Source: Pseudomonadota bacterium (GTDB lineage Bacteria > Pseudomonadota > Alphaproteobacteria > MPNO01 > UBA830). From it: 58,838 nucleotides of DNA. Below the pieces are notes generated by a model. It was given only the letters and a program-made list of their open reading frames with translations, was not told the DNA's origin and searched no databases. Where the stretch lies: positions 1 through 58,838 of the forward strand of contig JAYZFO010000041.1 of the NCBI GenBank assembly GCA_036336685.1, given 5' to 3'. Every line of letters begins with the position of its first letter. The stretch's first letter is position 1. The position numbers and the translations under genes were made by a program. Below, in pieces: positions 30,881 through 40,440 of the stretch.

Positions 30881-31957
30881 ATGAATCTGAAAACAAAATT
30901 AACTGCCATTATTGGGGCAGCTTTACTAATCTTTAGTGGGGCTACCGCGGTTAATGCGCAACTTAAGGTTGGTTTTGTTTATGTCGGTCCGATTGGGGAT
31001 CACGGATGGACATACGAACACAACGCGGGGCGGCTTGCTATTGAGAAAGCCCTTGGATCAAAAGTTTCGACAAGTTACGTTGAAAAGGTGCCTGAGGGAG
31101 CGGATGCCTTGAGGGTTATTTCTAAACTCGCTTCGTCAGGGCATGGGCTCATTTTTACGACCTCTTTTGGCTACATGAACCCAACAATTCGAGCGGCTAA
31201 AAGGTTTCCAAAAGTGAGGTTCGAACACGCTACAGGGTTCAAGCGTTCAGGTAATGTGGCCACCTATTCCGCCCGTTTTTATGAGGGTCGTTATGTTGTC
31301 GGGAAAATTGTTGGTAATATGACTAAGAGTAACGTCATTGGGTACGTCGCCTCATTTCCGATTCCGGAAGTGATACGCGGTATAAATGCAACCTATCTCG
31401 CTGCCAAATCGGTCAATCCAAAAATCAAAATTAAAATTGTGTGGGTGTTCACTTGGTTTGACCCGGGCAAGGAGGCAGACGCCGCAAAGACTTTGATAGA
31501 TCAAGGTGCTGATGTAATCATGCAGCACACGGATAGTCCAGCTCCGGTACAAGTTGCGGAGAAAAAAGGTGTTTGGGCAGTGGGCCAGGCCTCGGATATG
31601 ACAAACTTTGGAAAAAAAGCACATTTGACCGCCATCATTGACGATTGGGCACCATATTATATCGCTCGTACTAAGGCTGTGTTAGACGGAAGCTGGAAGT
31701 CTAGCGACACGTGGCATGGTTTCAAAGAGGGTATGGTGAAGATGGCAAAGTATAACAATGCAATTCCTAATGATGTTATTGGCCTTGCTGAAACAACGCG
31801 CATAGGAATAATGAATGGCTCTATTCATCCGTTTGCGGGGCCCATAATTGACCAATCAGGTAAGGTCCACGTCAAAGCTGGTCAGAATGCGAGTGACGGG
31901 CTGATGGCTGGGATGAACTTCTACGTAAAGGGCGTGAATAGTAAAATTCCAAAATAA
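30881..31957 (+). CDS. BMP-family (basic membrane protein / PnrA-like) periplasmic substrate-binding protein
   Basis: A signal peptide is present (MNLKTKLTAIIGAALLIFSGATAVNA) with no lipobox Cys. It also has VGFVYVGPIGDHGWTYEHN. GGAGG lies 5 nt before the ATG at 30881. Confidence 0.88.
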   Translation: MNLKTKLTAIIGAALLIFSGATAVNAQLKVGFVYVGPIGDHGWTYEHNAGRLAIEKALGSKVSTSYVEKVPEGADALRVISKLASSGHGLIFTTSFGYMNPTIRAAKRFPKVRFEHATGFKRSGNVATYSARFYEGRYVVGKIVGNMTKSNVIGYVASFPIPEVIRGINATYLAAKSVNPKIKIKIVWVFTWFDPGKEADAAKTLIDQGADVIMQHTDSPAPVQVAEKKGVWAVGQASDMTNFGKKAHLTAIIDDWAPYYIARTKAVLDGSWKSSDTWHGFKEGMVKMAKYNNAIPNDVIGLAETTRIGIMNGSIHPFAGPIIDQSGKVHVKAGQNASDGLMAGMNFYVKGVNSKIPK

Positions 31958-31965
31958 ATTTACTT

Positions 31966-32003
31966 GGGGCGGTATGAGGAAAACCTCTTGCCGCCCTTTT
32001 TTT
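31966..32003 (+). terminator. Rho-independent terminator after the ABC transporter operon
   Basis: The 13-position stem 31967-31979 / 31984-31996 has 11 Watson-Crick pairs, 1 G-U and 1 mismatch. The loop is AAAA and seven T follow (31997-32003). Confidence 0.8.
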
Positions 32004-32146
32004 ATATTAGATTAGACCCCATTTTCTTGCGTAGAGACCGATGTTTTTAATAATTTAAGTCGTGCTCCGAGAGGCTTTTCTTGTCCGTTGTGATAGTTGT
32101 ACATAGGTGAGTGGTATGACGATGGTAACCAATCCGGGAGATATCG

Positions 32147-33262
32147 ATGACACCCTCAAAACAGTGGCCGGTTCGAGTAGATCATGTCGGGAGTTTGCTG
32201 CGCCCGAGGAGCGTTACGGAAGCGAGAAAAAACTTTTTTGGGGCACAGAGCTCGATAAGTGAGGAAGAACTTACCACTATTGAGGACACGGCGATCGTTG
32301 AGGCTATCCGCATGCAGGAAGATCTCGGATTACCCGTGGTTACTGATGGGGAGTTTCGGCGATATTTTTGGCATTATGATTTTATGGGGATGTTGGCCGG
32401 GTTTGAAATGGAAACAAGAGGCGAGGGGATCCAGTTTGAAGGACAGAAGTTACCCCCTTTATATCCGACCATTACTGGTAGACTAGATTTTCCGGATTCT
32501 CACCCCATGATTGAACATTTCAAATTCGTTGCGGCTAATACTACCCATACACCAAAAATTTCAATCCCGGGTCCAAGTTGTTGCCATTTTCGAACGGCGG
32601 TCAACGATATTCGACGTGAGGAATATAAGGATCTTTCTGTTTTGTTTTCTGACCTCGCAGCAACGTATAAGAAAGCGGTCGCCGCTTTTTATAACGCAGG
32701 ATGCCGGTATCTCCAGATGGACGATATATTTTTTGCGTATTTGTGTGACCCAAAGCATCGTGCTGAAAAAGCGTCCGTCGGGCAAGACCCGGATGAATTG
32801 ATCGGTAGTTATGCCCTCATGATGAATGAAGCAATAAAGGATCGTCCTGACGACATGACAATTGCAATGCATATGTGTCGCGGAAATTTTAGGTCTACCT
32901 ACGCTGCCGAAGGCGCATATGATGCCGCGGCTGATGCAATTTTTAATAGGACGGGCATCGACATATTCTTTATGGAGTACGATACCGAACGAGCGGGTGG
33001 TTTGGAACCCTTGCGACTACTTCAAAAAGGTAAGCAACGGATAATGGCAGGGTTTGTTACGACGAAAACGGGAAAACTTGAAGAAATAGATGACTTAAAA
33101 AGAAGATTTGATGAAGCGTCTGGGTATGTGGATCTTGAGCAATTAGGTATAGCACCCCAGTGCGGCTTTGCTTCGACGGAGCACGGGAACAATATTACTT
33201 ATGATGAGCAGCGACGAAAACTTGAACTGGTTGTAAAAACCGCAGAAACTATTTGGGGATAA
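32147..33262 (+). CDS. Single-domain MetE-like protein (cobalamin-independent methionine synthase catalytic-domain family, Meth_synt_2-like), 371 aa
   Basis: It has VDHVGSLLRP, putative Zn ligands in HMCRGN (His-x-Cys), a Glu in FFMEYD and a Cys in PQCGFAS. It lacks the N-terminal folate-binding half of full-length MetE. Confidence 0.8.
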   Translation: MTPSKQWPVRVDHVGSLLRPRSVTEARKNFFGAQSSISEEELTTIEDTAIVEAIRMQEDLGLPVVTDGEFRRYFWHYDFMGMLAGFEMETRGEGIQFEGQKLPPLYPTITGRLDFPDSHPMIEHFKFVAANTTHTPKISIPGPSCCHFRTAVNDIRREEYKDLSVLFSDLAATYKKAVAAFYNAGCRYLQMDDIFFAYLCDPKHRAEKASVGQDPDELIGSYALMMNEAIKDRPDDMTIAMHMCRGNFRSTYAAEGAYDAAADAIFNRTGIDIFFMEYDTERAGGLEPLRLLQKGKQRIMAGFVTTKTGKLEEIDDLKRRFDEASGYVDLEQLGIAPQCGFASTEHGNNITYDEQRRKLELVVKTAETIWG

Positions 33263-33485
33263 ATTTCGGTGTTGAATAATAAAATACTTAATTATTATAA
33301 TTAGGTATTAGATTTAATTTATTTAAAGCATCAAACTCATGTCATAATAGATTGAAAATAAATGATTGTACTAGTTTGTCCAGTATCATTAACTTATTCA
33401 AGTACAGAGGCCCTCGGTAATAACATTGGTGTTGGGCCAGCTTCAAATTTTATCTTTCCAGCTGGTATCACGGAGTAACCAAACA

Positions 33486-34799
33486 ATGCGTTTGTCTGAA
33501 TTTTTCTTGCCCACTTTAAAAGAAGTTCCATCGGACGCCCAAATCATTTCGCATAGGTTAATGTTACGTGCTGGAATGATCCGCCAGTCAAGTGCTGGGA
33601 TATATTCATGGCTGCCTTTGGGCCTTCGTGTATTGCGTAAGGTAGAGAAAATCGTTCGAGAGGAACAAGACGCCGTAGGTGCCCAGGAAGTGTTAATGCC
33701 CACGATTCAGCCAGCAGATTTATGGAAAGAAAGCGGTCGATACGACGACTACGGTGCGGAAATGCTTCGTATTAAAGATAGGCATAAACGCGAGTTACTC
33801 TACGGCCCTACCAACGAAGAACAGATTACAGAGATAGTTCGCGCACACGTCCGTAGTTATAAGGATTTGCCGAAGCTTCTTTATCATATTCAATGGAAGT
33901 TTCGGGATGAGGTGCGTCCCCGTTTTGGTGTTATGAGGGGGCGAGAATTTTTAATGAAAGATACATACTCTTTCGATAACAGTTATGAAGAGGCACGTAT
34001 TTCATACAACAAAATGTTTGTTGCTTACCTCCGTACATTTGCGCGGATGGGACTGCAAGCTATTCCGATGGTCGCAGATACTGGGCCAATTGGCGGGGAC
34101 TTAAGCCATGAATTTATTATCCTCGCTGATACAGGTGAAAGTGAGGTTTATTGTCACAAAGACCTGCTGGGTTTTGATGTGATGTCTGAAGAAGTTACCG
34201 ACGATCAGAGTTTACAGTTAATTGTAGATCGTTGGACAAGTCTTTATGCAGCCACCGATGAAAAACACGACCTTTCTGAGGCTGAAAAACATGGAGAATC
34301 CTTGCTTAATGCGAGGGGGATCGAAGTGGGACATATATTTTATTTCGGGACTAAATATTCGGAGGCAATGAAGGCTACAGTAAGCGGACCGCAAGGTGAA
34401 ACTATATTTCCTGAGATGGGCTCATACGGCATAGGTGTGTCTCGGTTGGTGGGTGGATTAATTGAGGCTTTCCACGATGATGATGGAATAGTCTGGCCTG
34501 ATGCCGTGGCACCGTTTCATATTGGAATTCTCAATTTAAAGTCGGGTGATAGTGCATGCGATCAAGCGTGCATCAATTTATATAGGAGTCTTCAAACGAA
34601 TGGCATTGAGGTTCTTTATGATGACCGAACCGAACGTGTTGGTGCAAAGTTTGCTGACATGGACTTAATTGGTGTTCCCTGGCAAGTGATAATTGGTCCG
34701 CGCAGCCTGAAAAATGGTGTCGTCGAGCTTAAGAAACGGGCGACCGGTGAACGTGAAGAAATAGCATTAGACGCTGTTTTGGAACGGTTCATCAACTAA
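33486..34799 (+). CDS. proS: Proline--tRNA ligase, short alphaproteobacterial type without editing insertion, 437 aa
   Basis: The N-terminus [34 protein letters not shown] is typical. The ORF-track start at 33426 adds 20 non-conserved residues. Confidence 0.93.
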   Translation: MRLSEFFLPTLKEVPSDAQIISHRLMLRAGMIRQSSAGIYSWLPLGLRVLRKVEKIVREEQDAVGAQEVLMPTIQPADLWKESGRYDDYGAEMLRIKDRHKRELLYGPTNEEQITEIVRAHVRSYKDLPKLLYHIQWKFRDEVRPRFGVMRGREFLMKDTYSFDNSYEEARISYNKMFVAYLRTFARMGLQAIPMVADTGPIGGDLSHEFIILADTGESEVYCHKDLLGFDVMSEEVTDDQSLQLIVDRWTSLYAATDEKHDLSEAEKHGESLLNARGIEVGHIFYFGTKYSEAMKATVSGPQGETIFPEMGSYGIGVSRLVGGLIEAFHDDDGIVWPDAVAPFHIGILNLKSGDSACDQACINLYRSLQTNGIEVLYDDRTERVGAKFADMDLIGVPWQVIIGPRSLKNGVVELKKRATGEREEIALDAVLERFIN

Positions 34800-36046
34800 T
34801 GTTCAATTCTTTTGAATGGATAATAGCTCTTCGATATTTAAGGTCTCGAAGAGAAGAGGGATTTGTGTCTGTGATTGTTTGGTTTTCATTAGCCGGGATA
34901 ACACTTGGCGTGGCCACGCTAATAATTGTGATGTCTGTCATGAATGGGTTTCGAGCGGAACTATTACAACGCGTTCTGGGGCTTAATGGGCACATGGCTG
35001 TATATAGTATAGACCACAAACCTCTAAGGGATTTTGAGGATTTGGCAGTAAAAATTTCGCAACTATCTGGGGTTGCTCGGGTTATTCCAACCGTAGAGGG
35101 TCAGGTTCTTCTAAGTGCGAATAAGGTTGCTGGGGGTGCGATAGTTCGTGGTATACGCCCGGAGGATATTAAGGCTCGAAAAATTATATCTGAAAATATT
35201 AAATCTGGTACGTTGGATAACTTTCACGACAAAAATAGTGTGATAGTAGGAAAACGTTTAGCTCTTAAATTTGGAGTTGGACCGGGGGACAAACTACGGC
35301 TTGTATCCCCGCAATCAAACCAAACAGCATTTGGCTCAGTACCACGCAGTAAAATATATACGGTTACTGCGGTTTTTGACGTCGGGATGTTTGAATATGA
35401 TTCTGGTTTTGTTTTTATGCCCCTAGAGGCAGCTCAAATTTACTTCCGCTTAAAAGGCGCGGTCACTAATATTGAGGTGTTTTTATCAGATCCTGATCAA
35501 GTGCCAATTGTTCGAACAAAAATTCGAGATAAGGAAAACGGACCGCTCCGTATTGTAGACTGGCAGGAAGCTAACGCGAGTTTCTTTAACGCTATAAAAG
35601 TTGAGCGAAATGTAATGTTTCTAATTCTTACTCTCATCGTTGTGGTTGCCGCTTTCAATATTATTTCCGGTATGATCATGATGGTGAAGGATAAGGGGCG
35701 CGACATTGCAATCCTGCGGACGATGGGTGCAACTAGGGGGATGATATTAAGGGCATTTTTAATTGCGGGTGCCTCGGTCGGCGTCTTTGGGACGTTGGTG
35801 GGCTTTGTGCTCGGCGTCGCGTTCGCAGGAAACATCGAAACAATCCGCCAATGGCTGCAGGGTCTAACCGGTACTGAACTATTTGCAGCTGAGATATACT
35901 TCCTCTCTAACCTGCCGTCTGTAATTGAAGTTGGTGACGTCGCGAGTGTTGTAGGAATGTCTCTAGGCCTTTCGTTTCTGGCAGTTGTATATCCGGCATG
36001 GCGCGCTGCTACCTTGGAACCGGTAGAGGCGCTTCGTTATGAGTGA
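34799..36046 (+). CDS. Lipoprotein-releasing ABC transporter permease, LolC/LolE (possibly LolF-like) family
   Basis: It is 415 aa with WIIALRYLRSRREEGF, four transmembrane helices and a large periplasmic loop. lolD follows. Confidence 0.88.
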   Translation: MFNSFEWIIALRYLRSRREEGFVSVIVWFSLAGITLGVATLIIVMSVMNGFRAELLQRVLGLNGHMAVYSIDHKPLRDFEDLAVKISQLSGVARVIPTVEGQVLLSANKVAGGAIVRGIRPEDIKARKIISENIKSGTLDNFHDKNSVIVGKRLALKFGVGPGDKLRLVSPQSNQTAFGSVPRSKIYTVTAVFDVGMFEYDSGFVFMPLEAAQIYFRLKGAVTNIEVFLSDPDQVPIVRTKIRDKENGPLRIVDWQEANASFFNAIKVERNVMFLILTLIVVVAAFNIISGMIMMVKDKGRDIAILRTMGATRGMILRAFLIAGASVGVFGTLVGFVLGVAFAGNIETIRQWLQGLTGTELFAAEIYFLSNLPSVIEVGDVASVVGMSLGLSFLAVVYPAWRAATLEPVEALRYE

Positions 36047-36719
36047 TATCGCGGTCGGTCTCAATGGAATTGCCCACACATTCCGACCCGCCGGGACTGT
36101 ATTAAATGTTTTGGAAGGCGCTACTACTGAGATCGCGTTTGGTGAGATGGTGGCTTTAGTTGCACCCTCCGGCGCAGGTAAATCCACATTGCTCCACATA
36201 GCAGGTTTATTGGAACGTCCCGATAGTGGTGAGGTGGTAATTTGCGGGCAGGCGTGTTCGAATTTATCGGATGACCAACGCACTATGCTTCGGCGTCAAA
36301 GAATTGGGTTCGTATACCAATTTCATCATCTCCTTCCCGAATTCTCTGCTCTAGAAAATGTTGCAATGCCCCAAATTATTTCTGGCATTCCCGCGACTAA
36401 AGCAAAGGCCCGAGCGTGGGAACTAATATCGAAGGTCGGGTTAAAGGACAGGGCGGCACATCGTCCGGCTAAGCTATCTGGCGGAGAGCAGCAGAGGGTT
36501 GCTATTGCGAGAGCGCTGGCAAATCGACCACGATTGTTGATAGCTGACGAACCCACGGGCAATTTAGATCAAGAAACTGCGGAATCTGTATTTGATTTGT
36601 TGGTAGAACTTGCCAACGCTGACGAAATGGCAGTGTTAGTTGCCACTCATAATCACAAGCTGGCTAGTCTTATGAATAGAACGCTTACATTAAGCAATGG
36701 GGTCCTTGAGGTCCTATAA
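36039..36719 (+). CDS. lolD: Lipoprotein-releasing system ATP-binding protein
   Basis: It has Walker A PSGAGKST, signature LSGGEQQR and Walker B LLIADEP. Confidence 0.9.
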   Translation: MSDIAVGLNGIAHTFRPAGTVLNVLEGATTEIAFGEMVALVAPSGAGKSTLLHIAGLLERPDSGEVVICGQACSNLSDDQRTMLRRQRIGFVYQFHHLLPEFSALENVAMPQIISGIPATKAKARAWELISKVGLKDRAAHRPAKLSGGEQQRVAIARALANRPRLLIADEPTGNLDQETAESVFDLLVELANADEMAVLVATHNHKLASLMNRTLTLSNGVLEVL

Positions 36720-36782
36720 AACTATCCACAACCGATTCCGTCTAAGCACCCGATTGTACGACAAAAAGTTTATGCTAAGGGG

Positions 36783-39700
36783 ATGCTGATCCCCGAGTTT
36801 ATACACCTCCGAGTGCATACCGCCTATTCTCTTTCCGAAGGAGCTATCAAAATTCCCGAATTAATAGGCCTTTGCCGGGAGCACGATATGCCTGCTGTGG
36901 GCGTAACGGATACAAATAATTTGTTTGGTGCGCTGGAATTTTCGATGGCTGCCGCGGAAGCGGGTGTTCAACCCATCATCGGGTGTCAGATTGATGTCAG
37001 GTCATGTCAATCGATCGATTGGGAATTAGAAAACGATAAAGGACGCAGCGCCCACGAAAAGCTTGTTTTGTTAGTGCAAAATGAAACAGGTTACCAAAAT
37101 CTTATGGAACTTGTGTCCGATGCGTTTCTTACAACTCAACACGGTAACACTCATACAACCCTTGATAAAATTTTTAGTTATTCTGAGGGACTAATTTGTC
37201 TTTCTGGGGGTGCGGAAGGACCGCTTGGTAGGATGATAACTTTGGGGCAAATGTCTCAAGCAGAAAATATTTGTGAGCAATTCCAGAAAACTTTTGGTGA
37301 TAGGTTTTACATTGAGATACAGAGACATGGTACATTAGAAGAAAACGAGGCTGAACCTGGTCTTTTGGAATTAGCCTACAGTAAGAATATTCCTCTTGTT
37401 GCCACCAATGATTGTTATTTTGTTAGCGCCGACATGTACGAGGCTCACGACGCCTTGCTTTGCATTGCGGGCGGTACCTATGTTTCAGAAAGTGAACGTA
37501 GACGCCTTACGGCCGATTATCACTTTCGATCAATCAACACGATGAAGAAGCTATTCCTAGACCTTCCGGAGGCACTTGAAAACACTGTAGTTATCGCTCA
37601 GCGTTGTGCTTTCATGCCGGTGGAGCGCGAGCCTATACTGCCGGCCTATGTGTCCGAAGGAGGTGAAAGTGAGGAAGATGTCCTCTGTCAAATGGCTCAC
37701 CGCGGACTACAACAACGTCTTTCCGTGATAGATGATTTGGAGTTGGGAAAAAGGAACTTGGCAAAAAAGCCTTACCTTGAACGCTTAGAGTACGAACTCG
37801 AGGTAATTTTGAAAATGGGGTATTCGGGATACTTCTTAATTGTTGCAGATTTTATACAGTGGGCAAAAAACCAAGGAATTCCGGTGGGTCCAGGGCGAGG
37901 GTCTGGAGCAGGGTCCGTTGTTGCTTGGGCATTGACTATTACAGACCTGGATCCACTCCGGTTCGGTTTGCTTTTCGAGAGGTTTCTCAATCCTGACCGT
38001 GTGTCCATGCCGGATTTCGACATTGACTTTTGTCAGGACCGACGAGATGAAGTGATACGCTATGTTCAAGACAAATATGGAAACGATAAGGTTGCCCAGA
38101 TTATTACCTTTGGGAAATTGCAAGCGCGTGCCGTATTGCGAGATGTTGGACGCGTTCTTGGTATGCCGTATGGACAGGTTGATAGAATCACTAAACTTGT
38201 TCCGTTTAATCCGGCGAAGCCACCAACACTTGAACAGGCGATAGAAAGCGAACCTGAACTAAAAAAGCTCCAGAAAGAAGATGATTCTGTCGCCCAATTG
38301 ATAGACAAATCGTTGAAATTAGAGGGCTTATATCGTCATGCCTCCACCCATGCGGCTGGGGTGATAATTGCGGATAGACCACTCTCTAAGTTGGTTCCAT
38401 TATATAAAGATCCGCGATCCGAAATGCTGGCGACTCAGTTTTCGATGAAGTATGCAGAATTAGCGGGTCTGGTAAAATTTGATTTTTTGGGGCTTAAAAC
38501 GTTGACAGTTCTTCAACGCGCCGTGGACTTGATCTCACGCCGTGGCAAGGTTCTGGACCTACTAAAAATTCCATTATTAGATGAGAAAACTTTTGAAATG
38601 CTGGCTAACGGGGACACCGTTGGCGTATTTCAGTTGGAGAGTTCCGGAATGCGCGATGTGTTGAGAAATATGCGCCCAGATAGGTTCGAGGATATAATAG
38701 CTCTTGTCGCGCTGTATCGTCCTGGGCCTATGGACAACATACCCAGATATATTGCGTGCAAGCATGGAATAGAGGAACCGGACTATCTACACCCAGAATT
38801 AGAGGAAATCTTAAAAGAAACTTTTGGGGTAATGATATATCAAGAACAGGTAATGCAGATTGCTCAGGTTCTATCTGGATTCTCGCTAGGAAAAGCTGAT
38901 TTGCTTCGGCGTGCAATGGGCAAGAAAATAAAAAGCGAAATGGCTGCCCAACGAGAAGCGTTCGTTAATGGCGCTGTCGACCGCGATGTAGAGCGGGCTA
39001 CGGCAGTACGAATATTTGAACAAGTTGATAAATTTGCTGGGTACGGATTTAATAAATCACATGCTGCTGCCTACGCTTTAGTCGCATATCAAACTGCTTG
39101 GCTTAAAGCCAATTATCCAGTTGAATTTCTTGCTGCATCTATGACCCTTGATATCGGAAACACAGACAAGCTTAATGTTTTTCGACAAGAACTAGAGCGC
39201 CTTGGAATTCCCCTTTTGCCGCCGGATATAAATAAATCTGGCGTCACGTTTACTGTGGAGGAAACTCCAAATAGCGGCGCGTCGATAGGTGTTCGTTATG
39301 CGTTGGCCGCGATAAAAAATGTTGGAAGCCAAGCTATGGAGGATGTGGTTTTAGAGCGGGAAACCAATGGTGACTATTGTGATGTGACAGATTTTGTTAA
39401 CAGGCTGGAAGGTTCGGGTGCCAATAAACGGCAATTTGAAAACTTGGTGCGTGCCGGTGCTTTTGATTGCCTTGATAAAAACCGAAAGCGGTTATTTGAA
39501 GGTGCTGAGGGATTGATTAGGCTGGCCAATCAATCCGCTCTCGAACGGTCAAGCGGGCAGGAAAATCTTTTTAATGCAGATAATTTCCGAGAAGAAGAAA
39601 GTAAGATACGCTTGCCTGATACATTAGATTGGACTTTGATGGAACGCCTTACCCATGAATTTGATGCAGTAGGGTCGTTCTTATCTGCACATCCCTTAGA

Positions 39701-40253
39701 TGCGTACGCCAGTCAACTCAGGCGTCATAGAGTACGGTCTGCGTCTGAAGTAACAGCAAACATGGCTGGAACCTCTCCCTCCGTCGCCGGTGTAGTTATT
39801 AGCCGCCAAGAACGAACATCCGCAAAGGGAAATAGATTTGCTTTCGTCCAATTATCGGATGCATCGGGTGTGTATGAAGTTGTTATTTTTTCCGAGTTGT
39901 TGAGCCGTAGTCGCGATATTTTAGAGAACGGTCAACGAGTTTTGATAACTCTCGAAGTTCGTTCAGGCGGGGATGGAAGCCGTCTTTCTGCTATTGATAT
40001 AAAACCTTTAGATGCGGCTCTCGCTCAACATTCGAATGGCGTTAAGATCGTAGTCAACGAAGAAAAAGGAATTAAAGGTGTTGAAAGGTTGCTCAACTCG
40101 ACCGAGAAGGGAAATTATAACCTGTTACTCGTATTAGAAATAGGCAAGTCGCGTTGCGTTGAAGTGCAGTTACCGAAAAAAGTACTCATTACCGGCGATT
40201 TTCGCGCGGAGGCGTTGAATATGCCTGGTATAGCCGGACTTGTGGATGTGTAG
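36783..40253 (+). CDS. dnaE: DNA polymerase III alpha subunit
   Basis: It is 1156 aa, with a PHP domain N-terminus (FIHLRVHTAYSLSEGA), PDFDIDF catalytic aspartates and YGFNKSHAAAY. Confidence 0.96.
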   Translation: MLIPEFIHLRVHTAYSLSEGAIKIPELIGLCREHDMPAVGVTDTNNLFGALEFSMAAAEAGVQPIIGCQIDVRSCQSIDWELENDKGRSAHEKLVLLVQNETGYQNLMELVSDAFLTTQHGNTHTTLDKIFSYSEGLICLSGGAEGPLGRMITLGQMSQAENICEQFQKTFGDRFYIEIQRHGTLEENEAEPGLLELAYSKNIPLVATNDCYFVSADMYEAHDALLCIAGGTYVSESERRRLTADYHFRSINTMKKLFLDLPEALENTVVIAQRCAFMPVEREPILPAYVSEGGESEEDVLCQMAHRGLQQRLSVIDDLELGKRNLAKKPYLERLEYELEVILKMGYSGYFLIVADFIQWAKNQGIPVGPGRGSGAGSVVAWALTITDLDPLRFGLLFERFLNPDRVSMPDFDIDFCQDRRDEVIRYVQDKYGNDKVAQIITFGKLQARAVLRDVGRVLGMPYGQVDRITKLVPFNPAKPPTLEQAIESEPELKKLQKEDDSVAQLIDKSLKLEGLYRHASTHAAGVIIADRPLSKLVPLYKDPRSEMLATQFSMKYAELAGLVKFDFLGLKTLTVLQRAVDLISRRGKVLDLLKIPLLDEKTFEMLANGDTVGVFQLESSGMRDVLRNMRPDRFEDIIALVALYRPGPMDNIPRYIACKHGIEEPDYLHPELEEILKETFGVMIYQEQVMQIAQVLSGFSLGKADLLRRAMGKKIKSEMAAQREAFVNGAVDRDVERATAVRIFEQVDKFAGYGFNKSHAAAYALVAYQTAWLKANYPVEFLAASMTLDIGNTDKLNVFRQELERLGIPLLPPDINKSGVTFTVEETPNSGASIGVRYALAAIKNVGSQAMEDVVLERETNGDYCDVTDFVNRLEGSGANKRQFENLVRAGAFDCLDKNRKRLFEGAEGLIRLANQSALERSSGQENLFNADNFREEESKIRLPDTLDWTLMERLTHEFDAVGSFLSAHPLDAYASQLRRHRVRSASEVTANMAGTSPSVAGVVISRQERTSAKGNRFAFVQLSDASGVYEVVIFSELLSRSRDILENGQRVLITLEVRSGGDGSRLSAIDIKPLDAALAQHSNGVKIVVNEEKGIKGVERLLNSTEKGNYNLLLVLEIGKSRCVEVQLPKKVLITGDFRAEALNMPGIAGLVDV

Positions 40254-40440
40254 GTTGGGGCCACAAAAACAAATATCTTGCGAAGACAAAATATAGAGCG
40301 TATCACCGTGCCACAAATACACACGCGGGCGTGCGGATGGGGGCGTCATAGGTTGCCCATTCGATCCGGTGTACCATAAGGGTATTTTCCTTAAAGCGTA
40401 TGCTAACCCGCGGAGGTTAAACCGGAGAAGGATTACTGAA

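Noticed and set aside
32004-32146. I considered a SAM or cobalamin riboswitch in the 143-nt leader of the MetE-like gene, and likewise a purine riboswitch in 27179-27309 upstream of the BMP ABC operon.
   Set aside because: I could not recognise the conserved cores of the SAM-II/SAM-V, cobalamin (B12 box) or purine aptamers by eye. A covariance-model scan (Rfam/Infernal) would be needed, so I make no claim.
33426-33485. The ORF track gives N-terminal extensions for proS (33426), rpsB (40369), pyrH (42233), nuoJ (17855), rseP (46384), gloA (54763), the dioxygenase beta subunit (734) and the cupin (1969).
   Set aside because: In each case an internal ATG reproduces the canonical N-terminus of the family. 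It also removes a long overlap with the upstream gene or gains a Shine-Dalgarno. The extensions are non-conserved, basic or low-complexity sequence.
40254-40440. I considered a structured rpsB-tsf leader (S2 autoregulatory element) in the 187-nt dnaE-rpsB spacer.
   Set aside because: Only short stems of 4-5 bp (for example CACGC..GCGTG) are visible. The described S2 leader is a gammaproteobacterial motif, and I cannot match it here.
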